DNA of 64,000 nucleotides from positions 13,516,001 through 13,580,000 of the forward strand of contig OX597819.1 of the NCBI GenBank assembly GCA_951406725.2, read 5' to 3'. Both the position numbers and the translations under genes were made by a program. Below the pieces are notes generated by a model. That model searched no databases, was not told where the DNA came from, and saw only the letters and a program-made list of their open reading frames with translations. The stretch comes from Octopus vulgaris. Its lineage: Eukaryota. Below are positions 37,720 through 50,424 of the stretch, piece by piece (position 1 is the stretch's first letter; each line of letters opens with the position of its first letter).

Positions 37720-38555
37720 TGTGTGGGGCCAATGTACAGGTGCGATAAACGCAGGGAATGTGCAGAAAAAGTAATCTGTCAAATGCCAGTGGGGACATTT
37801 AGAAGTAGTTGATAGTGTCTGTTACCTTGGTGATCAAGTCAGCAGTGGAGGTGGATGCTCTGAGAGTGTAGCAGCTAGATTAAGAATGGGGTGGGCAAAG
37901 TTCAGAGAGCTTCTACCTTTGTTGGTAACAAAGGGCCTCTCCTTCAGAGTGAAGGGCAGATGCCTGTGTGCAAACAGCCATGTTACATGACAGTGAAACG
38001 TGGGCTGCGGCCACTGAGTACATGCGAAGACTTGAAAGAAATGAAGCCAGTGTGCTTCACTGGATGTGCATGTATGGCAGCGTAGCTTGAGAGTAAAATT
38101 GGACATAAGAGGCATCAGATGTGGTGTGTGCAAGAGAGATGACTGCGCTAGAATGGGTATGTGATGCGTATGGATGAGGACAGCTGTATAAAGAAGTGCC
38201 AGTCTCTGTGGAGGGAACCTGTGGAAGAAGTAGACCCAGGAAGACATGGGATGAGGTGGTGAAGCATGATCTTCGGATGTTGGGTTTCAAAGGGGTGATG
38301 ACAAATAATTGAGACCATAACAGTCTGCTGTGCTTGAGAAGTCTTGTCAGGCCAATTGAAATCATAGTTATGGGCAGTTACAGTGACATGTAAAAGGTGC
38401 CCACTACACCCTGTGTGATTGACATTAGGAAAGGCATCCAGCCCTAGAAACCAAGCTAAAATCAGACTGGAGCCTGGTACAGATCCCTGGTTTACCAGTT
38501 CTAGTCAGACTGTCTGACCCATAGCAGCAAGGAAAATGGATGCTAAATGATGACA
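37720..38555 (+). mobile_element. Older RTE LINE 3' fragment
   Basis: YLGDQVSSGGGCSESVAARLRMGWAKFRELLPLL-type RT C-terminal sequence followed by the same 3' UTR. Confidence 0.85.
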
Positions 38556-38694
38556 CACACACACACAAAGTTGACTGTGGATATTTCAGATTAAGAAGAC
38601 ATTTTCTATCCCTGCTTTTATAGTGCATTGTTATGGAACTTTGTTGTATTTAATAATAAATATCATAAAAGTGTTTCCATATTTATTTTTGCAG

Positions 38695-38851
38695 GATCTT
38701 TCTTGTTTAAATCGAGACCTTTCCAAAGTAATCATTGTAGACTGGAATGAAGAGGCAACCAAACTTCAAAGCCAGAACAGATTTCTACTAAAACGGTGGA
38801 CAGGAGATGATAATGACCGAACACTCATAGACTTGGCAAACTTCTTAAGAA
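38695..38851 (+). CDS. TIMM50: Tim50 coding exon 8
   Basis: DLSCLNRDLSKVIIVDWNEEATKLQSQNRFLLKRWTGDDNDRTLIDLANFLR plus 1 nt. tttgcag/GTAAGT boundaries. Confidence 0.97.
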
Positions 38852-39921
38852 GTAAGTCATGGGATTATTAATTCCTTTCATTAAACCCAAAGGGTATATC
38901 TTCATCTCATCATCATGCCTTTTCCTACTCCTGGGTTAGACGCACTTCAATGCATCTAGCAACTGAATGCAGTGTTTTTTCATCTGGGAAATGCAGTAAA
39001 CAGAGAAAAAGTCACCAGTTTTTCTCACATGTGTGTGTCATGTTTTTAACAGCTAAATTCCCAGTTCTATCTTTAAGAGACGAGGAGTTATGTACAAAAA
39101 GCACCATCCGATTGTGGCCGTTGCCAGCCTCATCTGGCCCCCGTGCCGGTGGCACGTTAAAAGCAACAACTGATCGTGGCCGATGCCGGACCCCCCTGGC
39201 ACCTGTGCAGGTGGCATGTAAAAAGCACCCACTACACTCACGGAGTGGTTGGCGTTAGGAAGGGCATCCAGCTGTAGAAACACTGCCAGATCAGACTGGG
39301 CCTGGCGCAGCCTTCTGGTTTCCCAGACCCCAGAAACAGTCCAACCCATGCTAGCATGGAAAATGGATGTTAAACGATGATGATGATGACGGATATTTGT
39401 CCTCATCTTGTTTGTTGTTGACACAACGTTTCGGCTGATATACTAAATGTAAATAATGTAGCTAAATTCCCTTCCCATTAGCCCCTGTTTTATAGTTGGG
39501 GCTGGATCCATTTCGTTGTGCCACTGGCAGTAGGGAGTTTATCTGTAACAAGACTAAAGAGTAGATCTACCTTGTTTCAGGAATTCTCCTCCTATGCTTT
39601 ATAGTCACAAATGAGAGGAAAAAAGTCTTCCAGAGATCTAAACTTTTTTTATAATATTCTTCTGTTTTCTGTCCATTCTTGTAAGGATTGAATGAATAAA
39701 TTATTGGAAGCATTCTCTTCTAGCTGGATGCCCCTCCTGATGCTAGCTTATTGGTGTTTTTCATGTAAGGCATTGAGTGACCAGATTATTTATTTTTTTA
39801 TTTCTTTATTGCCCACAGGGGGCTAAACATAGAGGGGATAACTAAGGACTGACAAAGGGATTAAGTCGATTACATCGACCCCAAAACGATGAAAGGCAAA
39901 GCTGATCTCAGCAGAATTTGA

Positions 39922-40852
39922 AATGCGTAAGCTCGCAAGGAATGAAGCCAGTATGCTCCGCTGAATGTGTAATGTCAGTGTGCATACTCGACGGAGTGTA
40001 AGTACCTTGAGAGAAAAGTTGGGCCTAAGAAGCACCAGGTGTGGTGTGCAAGAGAGATGACTGCGCTGGTAAGGGTATGTCGCGAGAATGGATGAGGATA
40101 GCTGTGTGAAAAAGTGCCATACCCTAGCAGTTGAGGGAACCTGTGGAAGAGGTAGACCTAGGAAGACTTAGGATGAGGTGGTGAAGCATGACCTTTGAAC
40201 ATTAGGCCTCACCAAGGCAATGATTAGTGACCGAGATCTTTGGAAATATGCAGTGCATGAGAAGACCTGGCAAGCCAAGTGGCCTATGCCAGGGGTGTAA
40301 CCAGCCCACTTATGCGTACCTTTCCTTCATTGGACACTAAACTCTGCTTGCGGAACCTGTTAAGGCAAGTGAGATCAAAATCAAATCAAATTCGCAAATT
40401 CAATGACTGGCATCCGTGTCAGTGGAGAGCTAAGAGCGTGATCGCTGCCAGAGCAGCTGACTGGCTTCTGTGCCGGTGGCACGTAAAAAGCACCATTCAG
40501 ACATGATCGTTACCAGCATTGCCTTACAGGCACTTGTGCCGGTGGCATATGAAAAAACATTTGAGCGGGGTCATTGCCAGTGCCGCAGGACAGGCTCCTG
40601 TGCAGGTGGCACATAAAAACACCACTTGAGCGTGGCTGTTGCCAGTACCACCTGACTGGTCCTTGTGCCCGTGGCATGCAAAAGCACCCACTACACTCTC
40701 GGAGTGGTTGGCGTTAGAAAGGGCATCCAGCTGTAGATACTCTGCCAGATCAAGATCGGAGCCTGGTGCAGCCATCTGGTTCGCCAGTCCACAGTCAAAT
40801 CGTCCAACCCATGCTAGCATGGAAAGCGGACGTTAAACGATGATGATGATGA
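39922..40852 (+). mobile_element. 5'-truncated RTE LINE 3' end (ORF C-terminus, 3' UTR minisatellite, (GAT)n tail)
   Basis: Decayed RT C-terminus (..GTCGRGRPRKT..), then repeats of GTGCCGGTGGCACGTAAAAAGCACC and the tail GGACGTTAAACGATGATGAT. Confidence 0.88.
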
Positions 40853-42137
40853 TAATGACCATAACAGCAGATAAAATACCTATTTCTTTACTACCCACAA
40901 GGGGCTAAACACAGAGGGGACAAACAAGGACAGACATAGGTATTAAGTCGATTACATCGACTCCAGTGCGCAACTGGTACTTAATTTATCGACCCCGAAA
41001 GGATGAAAGGCAAAGTCGACCTCGGCGGAATTTGAACTCAGAACGTAGCGACAGACGAGATACTGCTAAGCATTTCGCCCGGTGTGCTAACGTTTCTGCC
41101 AGCTTGCCAGATGAAATACCGCTGAGCATTTCACCTGGCGTGCTAACGATTCTGCCAGCTCACCAACCAGATAATTATTGGGAGGATTAACTGAAGACAA
41201 CGCTGCCTGCTGCACTTCCATACAGGCCATCACAGACATGTCAAATACACGCTGACCACCCACCCACCCGCCCATCATCCCCCCCTCTCTCATCCTTTCC
41301 CTGTCTCCTGGATTATTGTTACTATTCCACTCCTTTTCACCCTCTTTACTACTACTGTCGATGATCTCCATCTCTCCCTTGAACTCTCTTTGTGGTATTG
41401 ATTACCTGTCCATCCTCATCGTTCGCCACGTCCGTCCCTCAACTCGTCTCTGTCTCTACGAATCTCTGCAGTCGTCACTCACCCTTTCCTACCTTCCCTC
41501 CACTCTGTATTTATCGTTTGATCATTCATCAACCTTTGTTCTTCATTCATTATGTTCCTCGCCCCCCCCTCATCCACTGAGGCTCCATCCACCCTGACAC
41601 CTCATCACCACTGACAACAGCTCTGTCCTCTGCACTTTTGTGCAGGTAATTGCAAACATATCAAATACTCACACCCTTACCACCCATCCTCTCCCCTCCC
41701 CTTCCGTCCGTCCGTCCGTCCCTCCCTCAACTATCCTTACTACTCTACTTAATACTCTCATCTCCTACGTCTCCTCTTCTTCTGTAATGTGAGTTGCCAC
41801 TTTAACTCAGTGATTTTCAGCCATTTTTTTTTTCCTGTTGACCCCTGGTGTTATGAAGGGCATCCAGCTATAAAATCCTTGCCAAAACAGACTAGGAAGC
41901 ATGGTGCAGTCTTCTGTCTAGCCAGCCCCTTTCAAACTGTCCAACCCATGCCAGCATGGAAAAGTGGACATTGAATGATGATGGGCACTCCTAGCCATTC
42001 ACTGTTTTAAAAAAAATGACATTGATCATCATCATCATCATTGTTATCGTAATCATCATCCTTTAACGTCCGTTCCCCATGCTGGCATGGGTTGGACGGT
42101 GCTGACATAGGATGAACATTACATTTTTATAATTAAA

Positions 42138-42534
42138 CTAGCAGTATTGCCCGGCGTTGCTCAGGTTTCTAAGGGAAAAATACTATATAAGCATTTTTAG
42201 AGATGTAAAGTATAATAGCCATCTCAATATGGCTAACCACAAAGGGGGGGGGGTGTTACTGTAGCTTTTTACGTTCTGAGATTTAATAATAAATTTTTAG
42301 AGAGTTACTTCCCTTATGCCAAAAATGCATTAAAAATAGGAAAAATTGATGGTAAATTATTTTAAAAATCGTAGACTCATTGTAGACGCGTGCTAATACC
42401 CAGAAGGGCTCGATATGAATCACGACTATAAGATACCCGGTTTTGGTTAAACTGCACCGCAAAATGTGGGAGTAGTTAGGAATCTAAATCGTAGGAGACA
42501 GACAGACACACAACTTCACTTTTATATATAAAGA
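42138..42534 (-). mobile_element. Non-autonomous Helitron-like element (same family as 28253-28651)
   Basis: Full-length reverse-complement match with the same termini. Confidence 0.82.
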
Positions 42535-42946
42535 TATTAGGAATTGTATGAGAAAAATTAAAATTTATTGAAGAAGTAAAAGCAATTTATTGCTTTTTAA
42601 TTTTAACAGCAAAATCTTGAAAAAAGACCTCCCTCCCACTACAAGGGTCATATGGACGTCAGTTGAGGACAACTGCTTTAATCTCTTGTCCCTTAATACA
42701 AAGCTGTTCCCTTCTCAGTCAATGAAGATCTTAGTGTTGTGAGCTGTGTGGCAGTCTCACAAATGTTAGGTGTCACAAAATATAGGATTCAGTTAAGTGG
42801 TTGGTTTTAGGAAAGGCATCAAGCCATAGAATCCCTGTCAAAGCAGGCACTGGAGCATGAGGCAGCCGCCAGAGCCATCACTTCCTGGCGGACCATCCAG
42901 CCGATGCTATTATGGAAGATGAACACTGGATGGTATATATCATTCT

Positions 42947-43177
42947 GCGAGCTGGCAGAAACGGTAGCACGCCGGGTGAAATGCGTAGCCGTATTTCGTC
43001 TGCCGTTACTTTCTGAGTTCAAATTCCGCCGAGGTCGACTTTGCCTTTCATCCTTTCGGGGTTGATAAATTAAGTACCAGTTACGCACTGGGGTCGATGT
43101 AATCAACTTAATACCTATGTCTGTCCTTGTTTGTCCCCTCAATGTTTAGCCCCTTGTGGGTAATAAAGAAATAGGTA
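42947..43177 (+). mobile_element. SINE family B (~230 bp); other copies ~755-928, 975-1150, 6762-6978, 29495-29705, 40879-41165, 48038-48260, 53214-53447
   Basis: GAGCTGGCAGAA head, B-box-like GAGTTCAAATTCC, central GAGGTCGACTTTGCCTTTCATCCTTTCGGGGTCGATAAATTAAGTACCAG resembling a conserved SINE central domain (Meta-like, tentative). Confidence 0.85.
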
Positions 43178-43319
43178 TATATCATTTGAGATGTGAATAT
43201 CACAAAAACTACAGAGTCAAAGCAAATGAAACTAAACAGGCTTAATGTTGAGCAACATAAGATTTATTCCTCCAAATTTGAATGAGAAATTCAAAGGTAT
43301 TTGGATTCCATGAATGATT

Positions 43320-44008
43320 TCCCAAATGTTCAATATGCACATTGCACACATCAAGTCGGTAGTGCAGCTCCTCCCAAACACGCCACAGCATGTCTTGGGT
43401 AACAGTCTCCAGTGCAGTAGTGATTCTTTGCTTGAGTTCCTCTAGGTCTGCAGGAAGAGTGGGGGAGACATAGACCAGGCCCTTCGCATAACCCCATCTT
43501 TGCGCTTTTGCTTGTCATCTGCTGTTATGGCCTGAACGAGCTGCCTCTTGTAGGGTTTCATTAGCGTTTCCTCAGGACGCGCCAAACTATCGTTGGAGGA
43601 ATTTGGGTTCCCACACTTGTTCTTGGGGCTTCGCAAGAGCTTGTTGGTGAATCTGCTTGACCGATGTTATTGGTCATTCAGATCCTTTTGTCCAGACAGC
43701 CTTCCTCTTTGAATTTTTTGTGCCATGTCCAAACCCACATTGCCATTAGTGACTTTTTAGAGAACTCTCTCACAAATGCCTGCTGCACAGTCTTGTTCGA
43801 CTGTGTTTGAGCATACTCCGACACACAAAACACCTTTTCTCTTCCAGTGAATGCCATTTCTATACCTGAAAAGATAAACATATCAAACATTAAGCATAAA
43901 ATTTTGACCTGTTTCTACACATGCTGTTAAAATTTGAAGTCATTTGAACAAGAACTGGCAAAGTTATTAGACTGTGAAATGATATCAAATTTTTTGAAAC
44001 ACCTTTAT
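43320..44008 (-). mobile_element. Tc1/mariner (Tc3-like) transposase remnant
   Basis: MAFTGREKVFCV..NKTVQQAFVREF..WHKKFKEEGCL HTH start and KPYKRQLVQAITADDKQKR. TIR-like end TTTGAAACACC next to TA at ~43993-44009. Confidence 0.8.
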
Positions 44009-44250
44009 ATAATAATAATAATAAAAAGTAACCTCAAAAGAATGAGTCCTCGATATTAGAGAAATAGAGGCATAAGTTGGACAGGTTGACTGAGGACTGG
44101 CAATAGAGTACTATAATTGCAACCTTTTACTGTTTGTTCTAAATTATAACATATATATATAAAACTTTGAAACTGTATCTTAGCTGGTTGGTGATTAAAT
44201 AAAAGCTCTTCATTGGCTCATACTGTTATATGTATGTGTGTGTATGTATG

Positions 44251-44312
<62 letters not shown>

Positions 44313-45263
44313 TAATCCAAACAAGAAAACATAAAAAAACACAGCAACGCGAGGACGTGGAACAAATAAAGTATTATTGGACGTTCAGGAAAGAAGGAAG
44401 GTTTAATGTTTTGAGCGGAGCTCTTCGTCGGAAACAAAGGAGAAGGAAAGATCCCGAGAAGGGAAGACAGAGAAAAAAAAATTGCTGGCGGTGCTCACGA
44501 GGTCACATGTTGAGGTCATATATATATGATGTATGTTTGTGCTGTATCATCATCTTTTAATGTACTGTAAAGCGGTTGGCGTTAGGAGGAGCATCCAGCT
44601 GTAAAAACCATGACAAAACAAACGTTGAAGCCTAGAGCGGCTCCTAGCCTTACCACTTTATGTCCAACTGTCCAACCCATGCCAGCATGGAAAACGGAGT
44701 TAAATGATGATAATGAATGTGTGAATTCTTATTTAGCTCCACGTGGCTGTTGCCAGTGCCGCCTGATTGGCACCCATGCTGGTAGCATCTAAAAAGCACC
44801 ATTCAAGTGTGGCTGATGGTAGTGTTGTCTGACTAGCACACATACCAGTGGCAAAGAAAGAGCACCATTCCAGCGTGACCGATGGCAGTGCCGCCTGACT
44901 GACACCCATGATGGTGGCATGTAAAATGCACCATTCGAGCGTGGCCGATGCCAGTGCACCCATGATTGGCTCTTGTGCCAGTGGCACATAAAAAGCACCC
45001 ACTACATTCTCGGAAAGGTTGGTGCTAGGAAGGACATCCAGCTGTAGAAACCTTGCCAAAACAGATTGGAGCCTAGCATAACCTCCTGGCTTGCCAGTCC
45101 TCAGTCAAACCGTCCAACCCATGCCAGCATGGAAAGCAGACGTTAACCAACGATGATGATGATCAGTTCTTGCTGAGCAGATTTATGATCAAAAGAATTC
45201 TGTTTGCAACAGTCTTATCCTTTTTTTCCACTCAAATATTGTGTATTTAAAACCACATTGTCA

Positions 45264-47352
45264 AGACTCAGCAATAAGAGCAAGGTCGTCAGCGTAGAGG
45301 AGCTCCCAGGGACAGCCTGTCTTGAATTCCTCCGTAATTGCCTGGAGTACTATGATAAATAGGAGGGGGCTGAGTACTGAACCCTGGTGGACCCCAACCT
45401 CTACTTTGAATTCTTCTGTGTACATGTTGCCAACCCTAACCTTACTTACGGCATCTCTGTACATGGTTTGCACAGTCCTCACCAGCCATTCATCTATCCC
45501 TAGTTTCCTCATTGACCACCAGATAAGGGATCGGGGGACCCTATCAAAAGCTTTCTCCATGTCAACGAAAGCCAGGTACAGGGGCTTATCTTTGGCTAGG
45601 TATTTCTCCTGCAGCTGCCTTACCAGGAATATAGCATCAGTGGTACTTTTCCCTGGCACGAACCCAAACTGCATCTCATCTACACTAACTCTCTCTCTAA
45701 TTAGTTGGGCTATGACCCTCTCCGTAACCTTCATTACTTGATCCAACAGCTTGATACCTTTGTAATTATTTGTATCTAGGGCATCACCTTTACCTTTGTA
45801 GCAGTTGACTAGTATGCTGCTGCACCAGTCATTGGGTATGACTCCTTCGTGTATCACCTGGTTGACTATACGGGTGACTAGGTTATAGCCGACACTGCCA
45901 GATATTTTGAGCATCTCTGTAGTAATTCCTGATGGGCCTGGGGCTTTCCCTGTCTTCATGCTTCTAATTGCCTTAGCTACCATGGAACTATCAACTCGGA
46001 TAGCTGGTCCCTCTGTAGGGTCAACATTCGGCAGACTCTCTTTATCCCATTCATTTTCCTCATTCAGCAACCTTTCATAGTGGCGTCTCCAAGCTTCTCT
46101 CTTTGCATCCTCATTTAGCGCAAGTGAACCATCCTCCATGCGAACACATTTCTCTCCTACCACATCACGATTCTCTCTCACACACTGTCTTGCAACACGA
46201 AATACCTCAAGTCTTTCATCCTCACGGCGCAGGACATTGGCAAATTTTCTCTTATCTGCTTCCCCTCTGGCTAGATAGACCTGTCTCCTAGCTTCCCTTC
46301 TGGCAGTCTGATACCCTTCCCTGCTACCACCGTTCTTCCAGGCCTTCCAAGCCTGTTTCTTTTGTCTAATAGCCCTGTCAACAATATTGTTCCACCACCA
46401 CGTTATTTTGGGTCTTAAGGGGACTTTGCACCAGCCACAGATCTGGTCAGCGGCTTTCAGCAGGTTGTCCCTCAGAAACGTCCAGTTGTCTTCTACCCCA
46501 TGTGTAGCTATACCCCCTTCCACTTCGTCGAAGGCTTCAAGTAACATATCTCTAAATCTCTGTCCATTTGCAGGGTCTTTAAGCTTCCAGACCCTTCTTC
46601 TCCATGTTGGTCGTCTTCTAGTCGCCCTCTTAGTCCTGATCCTAAAGTCACTAACTACCAGTCTATGTTGTGGGGTGCATTCTTCGCCTGGGAAGGTTTT
46701 GGCATTTATAAGCAGCCATCTTTCCCTTTTTCTGGCAAGGATGTAGTCGATTTGGCTAGTATGCCGGCCCGATCAGTAGGTGACCAGGTGGCTTGTTGGT
46801 TTCCTGAAGTTAGTGTTGCAGACCATAAGACTATTCGCATCGCAGAACTCCAGCAGCCTGGTTCCCTCCTCGTTGCGGGAACCATAACCGTAGCCTCCAT
46901 GTACGCCATGGAAGCCCCCAGCATGTCGTCCAACATGCCCATTGAAATCACCAGCCACAAGGAGAAGGTCCCTGTCGTTCGTCAATGAGGTGGTCTGCAG
47001 TAGGGTGTCATAGAAACTGTCTTTCTGTCCATCGGGTAGCCCTGGCTGAGGGGCATAGGCCGATATAATGGTTGCTAATCTATTATGAAGCACTATTCTA
47101 ATCTTAAGTATTCTGTCACTTACTCTGATTACCTCAATTACTCTATCTATCCATTTCTCAGCGATAAGTATACCCACGCCACCAACCCCGTCAGTGTTCC
47201 CTGCCCAGAAAATCTTGTACCTGTGTTCCTTGCCTGTGAGGACCCTAGCAGATCCTCCTCTCCACCTTATTTCTTGCATACAACATACATCAACACGTCT
47301 CCGTTCAAGCATCTCGACTATCTCGCCAGACCTACCTTTCAGTGTGCCTACC
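45264..47352 (-). mobile_element. RTE-clade LINE, APE endonuclease + reverse transcriptase, truncated at both ends
   Basis: APE motifs (CCMQE, SAYAPQ, AGDFNGHVG, SQIDY) and RT motifs (KAPGPSG, QFGF, FVDMEKAFD, GVHQGSVLSP, YADD) in one frame, with a single TGA at 46773-46775. Confidence 0.96.
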
Positions 47353-47372
47353 TTGCAATCATACTTAGTCTT

Positions 47373-47740
47373 ACAGTTCTATATTTAAGAGATGAGGAAT
47401 TATTTACATTTGACGGATATTTGTCCTCATCTTGTTTGTAGTTGACACAACATTTCAGCTGATGTATCTCCCACGGGCATATGGCATAGTGGTTAAGAGT
47501 GCGGGCTACTAACCCCAAGATTCCGAGTTTGATTCCAGGCAGTGACCTGAATAATAATAGCAATAATAACTTTGAAAAATACCTTAGGAATGGGAACCCA
47601 GATTCGAGGTGCTCCAGCATGTCTGCGGCCTTCGGGCTAAAACATTTTTAAGGATTTAAGACACCTAATGAAGGCTGGAGAGTATATCAGCCGAAATGTT
47701 GTGTTAACAAACACAATGAAAGACAAATATCGTCAAATGT
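47373..47740 (+). mobile_element. tRNA-headed SINE-like element with hammerhead motif and inverted 3' end (family D); other copies 580-716, 7711-8134, ~28050-28128, ~39063-39459, ~52695-52835
   Basis: A box TGGCATAGTGG (47482-47492), B-box-like GAGTTTGATTCC, (AAT)n, hammerhead-like segment at ~47660-47705. 47373-47470 is an inverted copy of the element's own 3' part. Confidence 0.75.
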
Positions 47741-50424
47741 TATAAAGACCTGCCTTGTTATAAAGATTTGAGTTTTCTAGTTGGGAAGAGAGTCTAACGA
47801 CTTAAATTTTTGATTGTTCTGCTTCTCGTTATCTACAGTTGTTAAGATGGAGTTGACCAGAAACTGTGTTTAACAGCGACACACTAGTTTAAGTGATTTG
47901 CTGTCTGGTAAAAGATATGAATAACCTCAGGTGTTGTTGTCAGAGTAGCAACACATTTTTTGCATATCAGACTTTTCATTAGTTGTCTACACTTGAAAGA
48001 GGGAGTGTGTGGGAGGTGAAGACTTGGTGAAGTGTTAAGCGAGCTGGCAGAACCGTTAGCATGCCGGGTGATATGCGTAGCCGTAGTTCGTCTGCCGTTA
48101 CGTTCTGAGTTCAAATTCCGCCGAGGTCGACTTTGACTTTCATCCTTTAGGGGTCGATAAAATTAAGTACCAGTTACGCAGTGGGTTCGATGTAATCGAC
48201 TTAATCCGTTTGTCTGTCCTTGTTTGTCCCCTCTATGTTTAGCCCCTTGTGGGTAATAAACAAACATATTTTGCAGTATTGAGGTAAATTCTGTGTTCAA
48301 TTCCCTCTGAGGTTAACTTTGCCTTTCATCTTGGTGATAGTATATGAGAAAATCAAGTGTGAGCTGATGATGTGTGTGTAGTTGTATGGTAGTCTAGATG
48401 TTTGTTCAGTAATGGATACTTGCTAAGCAACATAGAATTACAGGGGCCTGAAGGCATCGTATCTATAAAAGATGTACAACATAAGGATCTGTTAGCATAC
48501 GTTATTAATGATGGAGAAAGAAAACCTGTGTATTGTGTGGAATGAACACTAAATCATGACAGCCTTCTTTCTGGTCATGTCTTATGTTGTGAATGGGTGA
48601 TCAGAAACATGAAACTCTGGGTAACAGTATATATATATGTATATATACAAGATAAGAAAATGGAGAAATACATCTAAATCAAATATCAATTACCAGATAA
48701 TACTCAATCACATACTTTATTAAACCACCACATAAGAGACTGTAGGGTTAAATATAAAAAGCAGAACAAATCAGTGTACATAAAGGAATGTACATAAAGA
48801 AGTGTACATAAAAGAGTAATGTTGTATAATAAGTAGAATATATATAAAAGAGAATATAAATATAAGTAAATACAAATATAAGTATAGATTACATCTTACA
48901 GCTGTTTCGGCCATGTAGATAAGTATGTCTCATTTTACCAATATTAGCCCTTTATGGTTGGTCAATATATAGATATATCCCATGGAGGGTTGCATTTACA
49001 AGCCCTATCTCAATTTGTATATATATATATATATATTTTATTTTAGTGCGAATGGTTTTGTTATACAGCGCTGGGTTTTACAATCCTGTAAATAATAATA
49101 ATGGTATTTATATAAGCCTAAAGCTTATAGGGGATCACAGTGCAATGACTAAGAAAAATAGTCTAATAATGGGGCATATAAGCCCTCGACAGAAAAAAGT
49201 AGACTTTTCCTATCCGCATGGGATTTGAACCCACATTCTTTTGTTAATGCAACTATGGTGGAATCTCCTGTCACAAATGACAATGAGGGTTTTCAGGAAT
49301 TTCATGTTGATGATTTGTTTATAGTGATCAAATGTATGTGCTGTACATTATCTTCCTCCCTGCTTCAAATCAATGGTGCCTCTACGGGTGCACAATGTGC
49401 CACACATTGGATATTGAAGTGACTCGAAAGTACCTTGGATCGTAGGGCGACATGCTGTGCTTGAGGAGACCTATTTAGTCAAGCACATCAAAACCAAAAT
49501 CAAATGGAAATTGTAGTTGTGATCCCCGTGCTGGTAGCATGTAAAAAGCACCATTTGAACGTAGCCGATGCCAGCGCTGCCTCGACTGGCCTCCGTGCCG
49601 GTGGCATGTAAAAAGCACCCACTACACTCATGGAGTGGTTGGCGTTAGGAAGGGCATCCAGCTGTAGAAACACTGCCAGATCAGATTGGAGCCTGGCGCA
49701 GCCTCCTGGCTTCCCAGACCCCGGTCGAACCGTCCAACCCATGCCAGCATGGAAAACGGATGTTAAACGACGATGATGATGATGATGACGGAGCAATGTG
49801 AAACAGTGTTTTGCTCAAGAACCCAATGTACCTCTTGGTCTGGGAATCAAAACCATTGTCTTGCAATTTGAAGTGCAACACCTACCCACTAGTCCACACA
49901 CACACACACACACACACACGAGTGTTATATGAACTTTTTATAAAGAAACCGTTGATGCCTGTGTGAAATGGTAATGTGTCTTTGTAATTATTGCTTTCTC
50001 ATAGTGTTGACTCATTGCCATTGCGTAGAGCCGTGATTAATAGCCGTGTATTTCCCAACGGTTCTCTTCTGCTTTGAGTCATCGACCAATTCATGTTGCT
50101 GATTACAACTGTTGACATATGCACCTGGGTTGGCTTCCTGGTGTTGACAGAAGCAGTGTATGGGTGGGCTGGAAACATAGTAGCCAGAATAAGGGTGAAG
50201 TGGGGGGGAAGAGTTTCGGGTGTTCTCATGAAGAGTAGATTGTATGATGCTTGTGTATGAAATGGAATACTGCGTGTCAATGAGTCCTACGTGTTGAATG
50301 TGATCATTGCATAAATGTTAGACAAAAATAAGGTAAGAATGCTCTACCGGATTTTGTAAGGTTAGGGTCCATGAACAATGGAACATAAACTGAGCTGTGA
50401 GAAAAACTGGGAGTGAGAGGAATT

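Noticed and set aside
40470-40690. CRISPR-like palindromic repeat-spacer pattern
   Set aside because: Linkers are homologous to each other, the array is part of a LINE 3' UTR in eukaryotic DNA, and no cas genes are present.
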